Assembly: GCA_021824065.1 (NCBI GenBank)
Contig: JAKALU010000002.1
Coordinates: forward strand, 11,243 to 75,242
Direction of reading: 5' to 3'
DNA: 64,000 bases
Source of the DNA: Nitrospirota bacterium
GTDB taxonomy: Bacteria > Nitrospirota > Thermodesulfovibrionia > Thermodesulfovibrionales > UBA1546
Position 1 is the first letter of the stretch. Every line of letters begins with the position of its first letter. Positions 53,974 to 63,555 of this stretch are shown here, one piece after another. The position numbers were made by a program, and so were the translations under genes. The notes under the pieces are model-generated. The model was not told the origin of the DNA. It was given only the letters and a program-made list of their open reading frames with translations, and did no database searches.

Positions 53974-54960
53974 ATGCCCTTAGAAAATCTCAGCCTTCAA
54001 GAAGAAATTCTGAAGTTAAAGGAAGAGAAACGCGCAATAATCCTGTCTCATAATTATCAGAGGGATGAGGTTCAGGATATAGCTGATTTTGTGGGAGATT
54101 CTCTCGAACTTTCAAGGACTGCGGCCACAATTAAATGTGATGTAATAGTATTTGCAGGCGTTAATTTTATGGCTGAAAGCGCTTCAATCCTTTCACCGGG
54201 GAAAACAGTTCTTCTTACAGAGATTGACGCTAATTGTCCAATGGCAGACATGATAAGGGTTGATTCTCCGAGACCCGTAAGAAAAAGCTTCCCTGGTTTT
54301 GACAACCCGCCGCAGTATGTTTATCCTGTGGAATTTACCCTCCGTGACATAAAGGCACAACATCCGGGTGTGCCTGTTGTGACGTATGTAAATACAACTG
54401 CAGATGTAAAGGCAGAAAGCGATATATGCTGCACATCTGCAAATGTTGTGAAAGTTATAGAGTCATTGCCGGAAGACAAAGTCATCTGCATTCCTGACAA
54501 GAACCTTTCAATGTGGGCTCAGAAGAATACAAAAAAACAGGTCATAGCATGGGATGGGTTCTGCCATGTCCATGAAAGGGTGACACCCGATGATGTTAAA
54601 AAGGCGAAGCTGGAGCACCCGAATGCAGTTCTAATGGCGCACCCGGAATGCAGGATTGAGGTTCTTGAAATGGCTGACCATGTCACGAGCACATCCGGCA
54701 TGCTCAGGTTTGCAAAATCTTCCTCTGAAAAAGAATTTATTGTTGGCACAGAAATAGGGCTGCTGTACAGACTGAGAAAAGAAAATCCTGAAAAGGTTTT
54801 TTACCCCCTGAGAAGAGACATGATATGCCCTAACATGAAAAAGACAACCCTTAAAAGCGTTCTCAGGGCATTAAAGGAAAATAATTACACCATCAAAGTC
54901 CCTGAACATATCAGGGTTCCTGCCAAGAGGGCGCTTGATAGGATGCTGGAAGTAAAGTAG
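53974..54960 (+). CDS. nadA: quinolinate synthase NadA
   Basis: ILSHNYQ, GVNFMAE, CPMAD, YVNTTADVKA, CCTSAN, HPEC. Confidence 0.9.
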   Translation: MPLENLSLQEEILKLKEEKRAIILSHNYQRDEVQDIADFVGDSLELSRTAATIKCDVIVFAGVNFMAESASILSPGKTVLLTEIDANCPMADMIRVDSPRPVRKSFPGFDNPPQYVYPVEFTLRDIKAQHPGVPVVTYVNTTADVKAESDICCTSANVVKVIESLPEDKVICIPDKNLSMWAQKNTKKQVIAWDGFCHVHERVTPDDVKKAKLEHPNAVLMAHPECRIEVLEMADHVTSTSGMLRFAKSSSEKEFIVGTEIGLLYRLRKENPEKVFYPLRRDMICPNMKKTTLKSVLRALKENNYTIKVPEHIRVPAKRALDRMLEVK

Positions 54961-54986
54961 GTTGAGCTTGAGATTGCGTTATTTCT

Positions 54987-55086
54987 GTCATTCTGGCTCG
55001 CCCAGTCTCCTCGGCGACTCGCCGTGGCGAGAATCTTTTTTAATATTTCGAACATGTCGGAAGAATTCCCGACTATCTGGAATGAC
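54987..55086. repeat. family-A palindromic repeat element, intergenic copy
   Basis: gtcattctggctcgcccagtctcctcggcgactcgccgtggcgag...gaattcccgactatctggaatgac. Confidence 0.8.
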
Positions 55087-55099
55087 AATATTAAAACGA

Positions 55100-55639
55100 C
55101 TATTCTCTAATCTCTACAAAAGTACCTACACTCACCATATCAAACAATTCAATAACATCATTATTTTTCATCCTTATGCATCCTATTGATGCAGGAGTTC
55201 CGATTAGTCCTTCCTCTGCAGTTCCGTGGATATAAATAAGGCGATGATATGAATCAATGCCTTTGCCTTTGTTTACTCCCTTCTCCATCCCTTCTAACCA
55301 TAGAATGCGTGTCAGCTCAAAATTTTTCTCGAGCTCTGTATTATCGGTATAAATTTTTGCTATCTGTCCGGTATATCTGCGTTTACCATCAAAGATAGCT
55401 CCGACCGGAGCGCCAGTGCCTACTTTTTTAGCAATGCGGTGGGATCCCAGGGGAGTTTTATAACTTTTTATCCTGTTCCCTATGCCGTATTTGGAAGTAG
55501 AAACAGGATAGGTCTTTATTATATCTTTACCATCAAGCAAATATAGTTTTTGTTCTGAGATTTTGACTTCAATAGTGTAATCGTATGATTGGGATTCTGT
55601 GTAAAAACTTACAAGAAACAAAAGGCAGAAAAAATACAT
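55100..55639 (-). CDS. L,D-transpeptidase (YkuD domain)
   Basis: YIHGT..GTPASIGCIRMKNNDV catalytic His/Cys motif. Confidence 0.8.
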   Translation of the reverse strand: MYFFCLLFLVSFYTESQSYDYTIEVKISEQKLYLLDGKDIIKTYPVSTSKYGIGNRIKSYKTPLGSHRIAKKVGTGAPVGAIFDGKRRYTGQIAKIYTDNTELEKNFELTRILWLEGMEKGVNKGKGIDSYHRLIYIHGTAEEGLIGTPASIGCIRMKNNDVIELFDMVSVGTFVEIRE

Positions 55640-55739
55640 ATCAAATATTTCGTCATCATTATGATTCCCAAAATTATAGGGGATAGGCAAACAATTTGTT
55701 TATCCCCTATATCATAGAGGTTTGCAGCAATTGTAAGTC

Positions 55740-58409
55740 TTAAACCGTTGCCTTGCTCAGGTCTTTGCCCATCTTCTCCTTGAGCACTGCCTGTGCTCCT
55801 GCAAGCCTTGCAAGAGGAACCCTGTAAGGCGAACAGCTCACATAATCAAGTCCTACCTTATGGCAGAACTCAACAGATTTTGGGTCTCCTCCGTGCTCAC
55901 CGCAGATTCCCATTTTGAGATTCTTCTTGACCTTCCTGCCTTTTTCTATTGCTATCTTCATCATGATGCCTGTTCCATCCTGGTCGAGTGTTATGAACGG
56001 GTCGTCTTCGAGAATTCCTTTTTCGACATAATAGGGGAGAAATCTTCCAGCGTCATCTCTTGAAAGACCGAATGTTGTCTGTGTCAGGTCATTAGTGCCA
56101 AAGGAAAAAAAGTCTGCCTGTGCTGCTATCTCATCTGCTGTTATTGCAGCACGTGGAAGCTCTATCATTGTTCCTACAGTGTAATTGACCTTTGTTTTGT
56201 ATTTTTTCTGGACATCATCTGCTACTTTAATGACAAGCTCTCTCATCATCTTAAGCTCATTTACATGGCCGACGAGTGGTATCATTATTTCAGGTATTAC
56301 CTTAACCTTCTGTTTTGATAGCTCGCAAGCTGCTTCTATTATGGCCTGGGCCTGCATCGCATAAATCTCGGGGTATGTTATGCCAAGTCTGCATCCCCTG
56401 TGCCCGAGCATCGGATTAAATTCATGCAACACTTTATTCCTTGCCTTTAGTTTATCAAACGGAACTTCCAGTTGATGTGCAAGTGTCTTTAGTTCTTCGT
56501 CTGTGTGCGGAAGGAATTCATGCAATGGAGGGTCCAATAGCCTTATAGTAACTGGCAGACCCTTCATTGCCTTGAATATTCCTATAAAATCGCCTTTTTG
56601 CATTGGTAGGAGTTTGGCCAATGCCGCCTGCCTTCCTTCTGTGTCATCAGCCAGTATCATTTCTCTTACAGCGCTTATCCTGTCTGGCTCAAAGAACATA
56701 TGCTCTGTCCTGCAAAGCCCGATGCCTTCTGCTCCAAAACTCCTTGCCACTGCTGCATCGTGAGGTGTATCTGTATTTGTCCTTACGCCGATTTTTCTGA
56801 ACGCGTCAACCCATTTCATAAATATGCCGAAGTCGCCTGTGAGCTCTGGTTTTATCAATGGCGCCTCACCCATAATAACCTCACCTGTTGTACCGTTAAG
56901 AGTTATGTAATCTCCTTCTTTAATATTTAGGGTATCAACTATGAAATACCTCTGACTCTCATTTATATTTATTGCGCCACAGCCTGCAACGCAGCATTTA
57001 CCCATCCCTCTTGCTACAACAGCAGCGTGAGATGTCATGCCTCCCCTTGCTGTGAGGATGCCCTGAGCAGCGTGCATTCCGCCTATGTCCTCAGGTGATG
57101 TTTCTGTTCTGACAAGGATAACCTTTTCACCCTTTTCAGCAGCCCTCTCTGCATCATCTGCTGTGAAGACCACTTTTCCAACCGCGGCTCCTGGTGATGC
57201 AGGAAGTCCTTTTGCAATTACCTTAATTTGAGCTTTAGGGTCTATCATCGGATGTAACAACTGGTCAAGCTGTTGTGGGTCGATCCTTAATATGGCTGTC
57301 TTTTTATCTATCAGTTTCTCTTTTACCATATCAATGGCTATCTTAAGGGCAGATGCTGCTGTCCTTTTTCCAACCCTTGTCTGGAGCATAAAGAGCTTGC
57401 CATCCTGAACAGTGAACTCTATATCCAGCATGTCCCTGTAATGTTTTTCGAGCTTTTTATAAATTCTGTCAAGCTCATTGTAAGCCTTTGGAAGTCTTTT
57501 CTTCAGCTCATTTATATGAAGCGGAGTCCTTATGCCTGCTACCACATCCTCGCCCTGTGCATTTATCAAGCATTCTGCAAAGAACCTTCTCTGGCCTGTA
57601 GACGGGTCTCTGGTGAATCCGACACCTGTGCCTGAATTTTCTCCCATGTTCCCGAATACCATTGCCTGGACATTACATGCTGTGCCTAAATCTTCAGGTA
57701 TATTATTCAATTTTCTATATTTTACAGCCCTGTCTCCAAACCATGAGCCAAAGACAGCATTCACAGCCTTTTTAAGCTGGTCATAAGGGTCAGACGGGAA
57801 GTTCTCCCCCGTGCTCTTTTTATAGATGATCTTGAATTCATCAACGAGGCTTTTGAGGTCATTAGATGTAAGGTCTGTGTCAAGATGAACTCCTTTTCTT
57901 CCCTTCATCTCTTCGAGGGCTTTTTCGAACTTCTGCCTGTCAACGCCCATAACAATGCTTCCAAACATTGTTATGAACCTTCTGTATGCATCGTATGCAA
58001 ATCGTTCATTTTTTGTCTTTTTTATAAGTGCCTTTATTGTTGTTTCATTAAGTCCGAGGTTGAGCACAGTGTCCATCATCCCTGGCATGGAGAACTTAGC
58101 ACCTGAGCGGACAGAGACGAGCAATGGATTGGTAGAATCACCAAATTTCATACCCATTGTTTTTTCTACTTTTTTCAGATTTGCAAGCACCTGTTCCCAC
58201 ATTCCCTTAGGGTATTTTTTCTTGTTTTTAAAGTATTCGTTGCATGCATCTGTAGTGATTGTGAAACCAGCAGGCACAGAGATTCTAAGATTGGTCATTT
58301 CAGCGAGTCCAGCGCCTTTGCCCCCGAGAAGGTCCTTCATGTCTCCCCTCCCGTCTGCCTTTCCGCTGCCGAAGAAGTAAACGTATTTTTTACCAGTCTT
58401 TTTTGCCAT
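55740..58409 (-). CDS. ppdK: pyruvate phosphate dikinase
   Basis: GGKGAGLAEM, GGMTSHAAVVARG phospho-His loop, C-terminal PEP-utilizer TIM barrel; start at the ATG preceded by SD ggagga. Confidence 0.95.
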   Translation of the reverse strand: MAKKTGKKYVYFFGSGKADGRGDMKDLLGGKGAGLAEMTNLRISVPAGFTITTDACNEYFKNKKKYPKGMWEQVLANLKKVEKTMGMKFGDSTNPLLVSVRSGAKFSMPGMMDTVLNLGLNETTIKALIKKTKNERFAYDAYRRFITMFGSIVMGVDRQKFEKALEEMKGRKGVHLDTDLTSNDLKSLVDEFKIIYKKSTGENFPSDPYDQLKKAVNAVFGSWFGDRAVKYRKLNNIPEDLGTACNVQAMVFGNMGENSGTGVGFTRDPSTGQRRFFAECLINAQGEDVVAGIRTPLHINELKKRLPKAYNELDRIYKKLEKHYRDMLDIEFTVQDGKLFMLQTRVGKRTAASALKIAIDMVKEKLIDKKTAILRIDPQQLDQLLHPMIDPKAQIKVIAKGLPASPGAAVGKVVFTADDAERAAEKGEKVILVRTETSPEDIGGMHAAQGILTARGGMTSHAAVVARGMGKCCVAGCGAININESQRYFIVDTLNIKEGDYITLNGTTGEVIMGEAPLIKPELTGDFGIFMKWVDAFRKIGVRTNTDTPHDAAVARSFGAEGIGLCRTEHMFFEPDRISAVREMILADDTEGRQAALAKLLPMQKGDFIGIFKAMKGLPVTIRLLDPPLHEFLPHTDEELKTLAHQLEVPFDKLKARNKVLHEFNPMLGHRGCRLGITYPEIYAMQAQAIIEAACELSKQKVKVIPEIMIPLVGHVNELKMMRELVIKVADDVQKKYKTKVNYTVGTMIELPRAAITADEIAAQADFFSFGTNDLTQTTFGLSRDDAGRFLPYYVEKGILEDDPFITLDQDGTGIMMKIAIEKGRKVKKNLKMGICGEHGGDPKSVEFCHKVGLDYVSCSPYRVPLARLAGAQAVLKEKMGKDLSKATV

Positions 58410-58535
58410 TAAAATGTCCTCCAGCACAAGGATTTTGTTTCTATAGGATTAATAAAATACATCATTAGGGTAGGAAATTTCAATACTTTTTGAGTGGTAT
58501 AGTTAGAAGGAACCCGCAGGGATTTAAAACTTGTT

Positions 58536-58575
58536 GTGTAAAAAGAGGCATAAATGTGTAAAAAGAGACATAAAA
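58536..58575 (+). promoter_or_regulatory. tandem 20-mer direct repeat, candidate activator binding site
   Basis: gtgtaaaaagaggcataaat / gtgtaaaaagagacataaaa, 95-135 nt upstream of the sigma-54-type promoter. Confidence 0.45.
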
Positions 58576-58669
58576 AGAACCTTTTTTACTGACTGATATT
58601 AAATCTTTAAGATGTTTCTTGTAACACCCTGATTATAAAAGATATTTTTTGCAGAAATTTAATTAAAAC

Positions 58670-58685
58670 TGGCATTACAATTGCT
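58670..58685 (+). promoter_or_regulatory. sigma-54 promoter TGGCAT-N5-TTGCT
   Basis: Exact GG-N10-GC spacing; 41 nt upstream of ATG 58727, which has SD aaaggag. Confidence 0.6.
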
Positions 58686-58726
58686 TCTTTAGAGTTATAG
58701 ACCTGAACTAAAGAAAGGAGTGAAAA

Positions 58727-58927
58727 ATGAAGACATTAGCTGGCATAAGAGTAATTCAGGAAAATGGGATTTTTAGAGTGCCGGCTGACTTTGCAGAAGG
58801 TTTTGTGCTTGTTCCAGCACCGGACGGCAAATTGAATCTCTTTTTCTGGGAGAAAAACAGGATGAGGCGTTTTCTAAGGCACTATGGATTTACCCCCCGC
58901 AGTCGCATTGGCTGTGAAAAGGATTAA
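58727..58927 (+). CDS. 66-aa hypothetical protein
   Basis: Good SD; no recognised domain. Confidence 0.5.
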   Translation: MKTLAGIRVIQENGIFRVPADFAEGFVLVPAPDGKLNLFFWEKNRMRRFLRHYGFTPRSRIGCEKD

Positions 58928-58963
58928 TTAACAGAAATACGGGATGATATGTTAATATAAAAA

Positions 58964-59629
58964 ATGCTGCAAACATTTTTCAGTTGGCTTGTTGATGTAA
59001 TAGGGGGTATGGGGTACCCGGGAATTGCATTTTTAATGTTTATTGAGAGCACTTTTATTCCATTGCCTTCTGAACTTGTAGTCCCGCCTGCAGGTTATCT
59101 TATCTCACAAAACCAGATGCACTGGGCGGGGGTATTAGTATCAGGAACGGTCGGGAGTCTGCTCGGCGCACTTTTCAATTATTCTATTGCCATTTATTTT
59201 GGAAGGCCCTTTATACTCAGGTATGGTAAGTATTTTGGAATCTCTCAAAGCCATTTTGAAAAAGGAGAGCGTTTTTTTCAGGCACATGGCAGTATAAGCA
59301 CATTTGTAGGAAGGCTTATACTCGGCATCAGGCATTATATATCCTTTCCAGCCGGACTTGCCAGAATGGATATTAAAAAGTTTTGTCTCTATACATCTCT
59401 CGGCGCAGGCATCTGGGTATGGATACTCGCTTATATAGGCTATTTTGTAGGCAATAATAAAGAGAAAGTCCTGGAGATAAGCAAACAGTGGAGCCTCTAT
59501 GTAATCGGTGGTTGCGTTTTGCTTATTTTAGCTTATGTCTTCTGGCATAAAAATCGGAAATCAGCTAACCTCGGCGAGGCTCCCGAGACGGAAAGTACAT
59601 CAAGCAACAGCAAGGATGTCCTTAGTTAA
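58964..59629 (+). CDS. dedA: DedA-family membrane protein
   Basis: YPGIAFLMFIESTFIPLPSELV and GRPF..R..K DedA signatures. Confidence 0.85.
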   Translation: MLQTFFSWLVDVIGGMGYPGIAFLMFIESTFIPLPSELVVPPAGYLISQNQMHWAGVLVSGTVGSLLGALFNYSIAIYFGRPFILRYGKYFGISQSHFEKGERFFQAHGSISTFVGRLILGIRHYISFPAGLARMDIKKFCLYTSLGAGIWVWILAYIGYFVGNNKEKVLEISKQWSLYVIGGCVLLILAYVFWHKNRKSANLGEAPETESTSSNSKDVLS

Positions 59630-59636
59630 AAACCTT

Positions 59637-59954
59637 TTATTCTCCTGATTCCGGGTCTTCGAGAACTGATTTGAGCGCTTCCAGCCGTTTTTCCAAAAGC
59701 TTTGGGTTGGCAGCTACCATTACATCCTCTACGCCTGTGTCAGGATAGACCATATACCGATAAGAAGCAGCCTGCCCATAGTTTTCCATAAGGTGTTTTT
59801 TCCCTCTCAAATATAGGGGACACTCCTCATTAAAGCAGACATATAAAAAAGGCGTGCACCAACCCAGCCCATCTGCAAAATGAAAAGGCGGCGTTTCATA
59901 TTTATCCGTCACCTGGCCGCAGTGCGGACATATTGGAGCTTTATCTATTTTCAT
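59637..59954 (-). CDS. zinc-ribbon hypothetical protein
   Basis: CPHC ... C..EEC four-Cys arrangement. Confidence 0.5.
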   Translation of the reverse strand: MKIDKAPICPHCGQVTDKYETPPFHFADGLGWCTPFLYVCFNEECPLYLRGKKHLMENYGQAASYRYMVYPDTGVEDVMVAANPKLLEKRLEALKSVLEDPESGE

Positions 59955-60063
59955 TTTAGTTTTACCTCCCTTTTTGCTATGTCAAACTATCAAAGCTCTG
60001 ACATAATACTTCGACTCTCCAATACCCTTAGTATATCAGATTATAGATAATTTCCGCACGGGA

Positions 60064-61689
60064 TTAATCTGCCAGCGCTTTCTGATACTCTTCCCAGAGC
60101 TTTTCTTTTGATATGCCTGAATCAATAAAATCCCATGGAAGATTTTCTGAAAAATCTTTCTTTCGCATGGTATAGAAATCAAGGTCTATGCCTGAATCAA
60201 CACACGCCTTTTTCCAGTCCCGAATCCTGAGCATGGTTTCCAGTGTCTTTGAAATACGCCTGTCTCCCATTGAAAAAAGACCCTGCATGTAGGCATATTT
60301 AGGGACATCATGAAATACCCTCACCCCCCTGATTGGCAGAAGCAATCTTTTTATGGACTTAAGCCTGCCTTTCACAACATCAATCTTTTCCATCGGGTGC
60401 CACTGGAACGGTGTGAATGGTTTTGGGACAAAGGTGCTTAATGTAAGAACTATATTGCCTTTTTTTGAAATGGCTCTTATCTTTTTTACAAGCTCTGCAA
60501 TCCCTTCGATATCCTCATCTGTTTCTGTTGGAAGTCCAACCATAAAATACAGCCTCAGATTTTCTATCCCCTCCAAGAGAATAAGCCTTGATGTCTCGAT
60601 AATGTCATCTTCTGAGATTTTTTTATCAATTACCTTTCTTAATCTATCTGTGCCTGCCTCAGGCGCGATCGAGATGCTTTTATGTTTTTTTAATAACCCT
60701 ACAAGTTCAGCGCTCTTGGGACTTGCCCTTAATGATGTAATAGAGAAATCTACTCCTTCTGTTTTAAGAACGTCGCTCGCGTATGGATAATCTGTCAGGG
60801 ATGGGCCTATCAGCCCAACCCTTTCTGTGAGTTTCAGGGCTTCATTGATCTCCTCTTTAATAACAGCCATATCTTTTTTTCTTGGCGGATTATAAATATG
60901 TCCTGCAACACAGAACCTGCATTTCCACGGGCATCCCCTCATCGCTTCGATGAGATACATCTCTGAAAATTCTGTCTCCGGGGTTATTATTGCCGGTCTG
61001 AATCTATGGGCTGAGATATCTTTGATATACTGCCTCTTTATTCTCTCAGGCGTTCCTTCTGATGTTTCTCTTATAGAGACTCCATTGTTGTATCTGATGC
61101 TATAGAATTTTGGGACATAAATACCGTCTATCTGAAGCGCCTTCTTATGGAGTTCATGCCTTGCTGTAGAGCTTTTATATACATCAAGAAACTCATGAAG
61201 CATCTCCTCTGCCTCACCGATAAAACATATATCAAAAAAATCTGATAGGGGTTCAGGATTAAAGAACGCACATACGCCTCCGAGCACAAGCAATGGATGC
61301 GAGGTGTTTCTGTCGGATGACCTAAATGGAATATTCGAGAGTTCGAGCATCTTCAGGATATTTGGATAGTCATTCTCAAATGAAACCGAAAATGCGAATA
61401 TATCAAACCTGTTCAGAGGTCTTTTAGATTCCATAGAAAAAAGCCTGGTTTCGGTTCTTATGTATTCATCGATGTCTTCTTCATCAGGGAGAAACACCCT
61501 TTCGCACAACACATCGTTTCTTTCATTTAAGAGCGCATAAATTCCCTGAAATCCAAGATTTGACATGCCAACATGATATGTGTTTGGATAAGCGAGGCAA
61601 ATATTGATCCTGCCGCCCGGGTCCTTAAATACCGTGCCTTTTTCCTTTGAGATAAGGGCGTCTATTTTTTCAATGAGTTTACGATTCAT
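60064..61689 (-). CDS. B12-binding-domain-like radical SAM protein
   Basis: MRGCPWKCRFCVAG CX3CX2C motif after an N-terminal B12-like domain. Confidence 0.8.
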   Translation of the reverse strand: MNRKLIEKIDALISKEKGTVFKDPGGRINICLAYPNTYHVGMSNLGFQGIYALLNERNDVLCERVFLPDEEDIDEYIRTETRLFSMESKRPLNRFDIFAFSVSFENDYPNILKMLELSNIPFRSSDRNTSHPLLVLGGVCAFFNPEPLSDFFDICFIGEAEEMLHEFLDVYKSSTARHELHKKALQIDGIYVPKFYSIRYNNGVSIRETSEGTPERIKRQYIKDISAHRFRPAIITPETEFSEMYLIEAMRGCPWKCRFCVAGHIYNPPRKKDMAVIKEEINEALKLTERVGLIGPSLTDYPYASDVLKTEGVDFSITSLRASPKSAELVGLLKKHKSISIAPEAGTDRLRKVIDKKISEDDIIETSRLILLEGIENLRLYFMVGLPTETDEDIEGIAELVKKIRAISKKGNIVLTLSTFVPKPFTPFQWHPMEKIDVVKGRLKSIKRLLLPIRGVRVFHDVPKYAYMQGLFSMGDRRISKTLETMLRIRDWKKACVDSGIDLDFYTMRKKDFSENLPWDFIDSGISKEKLWEEYQKALAD

Positions 61690-61713
61690 ATAACTATCTA
61701 TAAGAGCAAATTA

Positions 61714-61790
61714 TGTCATGCTGAACTTGATTCAGCATCTAATGATACCAATATAAATTATAAGACCCTGAAACAAGTTCAGGGTGACAG
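61714..61790. repeat. MITE-like element with two internal hairpins (tgtcatgctgaacttgattcagcatc ... ccctgaaacaagttcagggtgaca)
   Basis: Termini tgtcat / gtgaca; hairpins gctgaa-cttga-ttcagc and ccctgaa-acaag-ttcaggg. Confidence 0.7.
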
Positions 61791-61817
61791 ATTGCTGATT
61801 TTGCAAGAGTTTTGTAT

Positions 61818-62417
61818 TCACAGCATCACCAGCACACTCAGCATAGCAATTGACCATATAATATCAAGGGGCACATGCTGCTCGCATGTTGAATCAAAAA
61901 GCAGATCAGCCCTTGCTGGAAACTCAGAGTCAGAAAGCCAGAGTATTAATGTTGCAGGTATGCGCGGCATCGGCAGGAGTTCTATAGAGGCATCACCGTA
62001 ATTCATGATCTTTCCATTAAGGCTTTTCCCTTTGTTGATAAAACTTATTTTGTCATCCCCGTATTTCTCAGCAATCTTATCCAGTGGGAGCACATGGGTG
62101 CCCCTGAAGAAAAGCGCTCCTCCTTTAATATCTACGGGTTTAATGAGTTTGCCTGACAGGGGGATGTCCTTTGCATTGATGAGATAACATAAAACTGAGA
62201 GATTAAAGAAATAGCTGTGCCTGTTAAGCAGGTTCTCGCCATCCGGAGACATACTTTTTATCTCTCGGCTTTTGAGGGAGATTAAAAAGTCCATTCCAAG
62301 TGACCTGAGTATATAATTAGTTTTTTCCTTGTTATAAGAAGCAATAGCTTTTTTACATATTTCAAACGGCTCGAGATCGATTAAGTTTTCCCACGCCTTT
62401 TCCTCTCCAGATGTCAT
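61818..62417 (-). CDS. DUF3786 domain protein
   Basis: N-terminal W..L......C......Y pattern and length as I recall for DUF3786. Confidence 0.55.
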   Translation of the reverse strand: MTSGEEKAWENLIDLEPFEICKKAIASYNKEKTNYILRSLGMDFLISLKSREIKSMSPDGENLLNRHSYFFNLSVLCYLINAKDIPLSGKLIKPVDIKGGALFFRGTHVLPLDKIAEKYGDDKISFINKGKSLNGKIMNYGDASIELLPMPRIPATLILWLSDSEFPARADLLFDSTCEQHVPLDIIWSIAMLSVLVML

Positions 62418-62484
62418 TTTTATATTCTACTAAAAGAAGATATTATTTGGTGTCTAAAAATTTACTTTACCCTATAATTTTTAG

Positions 62485-62513
62485 TTGACATTGCCTGTAT
62501 ATTTCTTTATATT
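62485..62513 (+). promoter_or_regulatory. near-consensus sigma-70 promoter TTGACA-N17-TATATT
   Basis: ttgacattgcctgtatatttctttatatt, 26 nt upstream of the cytochrome ATG. Confidence 0.55.
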
Positions 62514-62539
62514 AAGTCAAACTTTGTTGGGGGGTGAGT

Positions 62540-63544
62540 ATGGTCCAATCAAAGAAGATCTTACTTCTTTTTTATCTCCTTTTTATTTTTACCTTTTTAA
62601 GTTGCGAATCACTTAAAACTTCTAAACCAATTATGCCGATCAAAGAATACGAGAAAATGATAGCCGGCAGACTTGATGCTGACTACGTTGGAACAGCAAG
62701 GTGTCTCTCTGCCTGCCATTCGCACGATAAGATAAAACAAGACTTTGAAGCAAGTACAATGGGTGCACAACTCTCAAAAAAATCCGGAATGCCGATTGTA
62801 GATTGTGAATCATGCCACGGCCCGGGAAGCCTTGCGATAGAGGGCATTACTCCGGAAAAGGTTGAACAGGACAGGAAAGAAGGAAAGCAAACTGCGTGCA
62901 GATATGAGACATTGATTGATTACAAGAATCTGCCTGCACAGGCACTATCACTCATATGTCTTAAGTGTCATACTGCAAATGCAACATTTAATCTTCACAA
63001 CTGGAATGCAGGTATGCATGCAATAAATGATGTTTCATGTTCCGATTGTCACAGGGTTCACGAAGGACCTGATTTAAGGGTTAAACCAAGAAAAATGTTA
63101 GATCTATGTTATACATGTCATCAGGAAATTAAGGCAGAGTTCTCACTTCCGAGCCACCATCCCACGCATGAGAAAAAGGTTTTCTGCACAGACTGTCACG
63201 ACACTCATGGAACTCTTAACGATAAATCATTGAAAGAAGATTCTATAAAAGAGACGTGCACCAGATGCCATGCAGAAAAGGAAGGACCCTTTATTTATGA
63301 GCATGCTGAGAATAGCGAGAACTGCACAACATGCCATAGCCCTCACGGCTCTGTAAACAACAATCTACTTACTGTACAGGTGCCTTTCTTATGTCTTCAG
63401 TGCCATGCAGGGCACAGGACATCTACTGCTTCCAGCCAGTTAGAAAGAAAAGGCGCATTTTATACAAGATGCACAGATTGTCACTCTCAGATTCACGGCA
63501 CAGACATTCCCTCTGCAAGCGGCAGCGGAGCCTTTACACAGTAG
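62540..63544 (+). CDS. decaheme c-type cytochrome, MtrA/DmsE/MtoA family size class, with lipoprotein-type signal
   Basis: Ten CXXCH motifs counted (CLSACH, CESCH, CLKCH, CSDCH, CYTCH, CTDCH, CTRCH, CTTCH, CLQCH, CTDCH) in 334 aa; signal peptide ending FLSC. Confidence 0.85.
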   Translation: MVQSKKILLLFYLLFIFTFLSCESLKTSKPIMPIKEYEKMIAGRLDADYVGTARCLSACHSHDKIKQDFEASTMGAQLSKKSGMPIVDCESCHGPGSLAIEGITPEKVEQDRKEGKQTACRYETLIDYKNLPAQALSLICLKCHTANATFNLHNWNAGMHAINDVSCSDCHRVHEGPDLRVKPRKMLDLCYTCHQEIKAEFSLPSHHPTHEKKVFCTDCHDTHGTLNDKSLKEDSIKETCTRCHAEKEGPFIYEHAENSENCTTCHSPHGSVNNNLLTVQVPFLCLQCHAGHRTSTASSQLERKGAFYTRCTDCHSQIHGTDIPSASGSGAFTQ

Positions 63545-63555
63545 GAGGTAGACGA

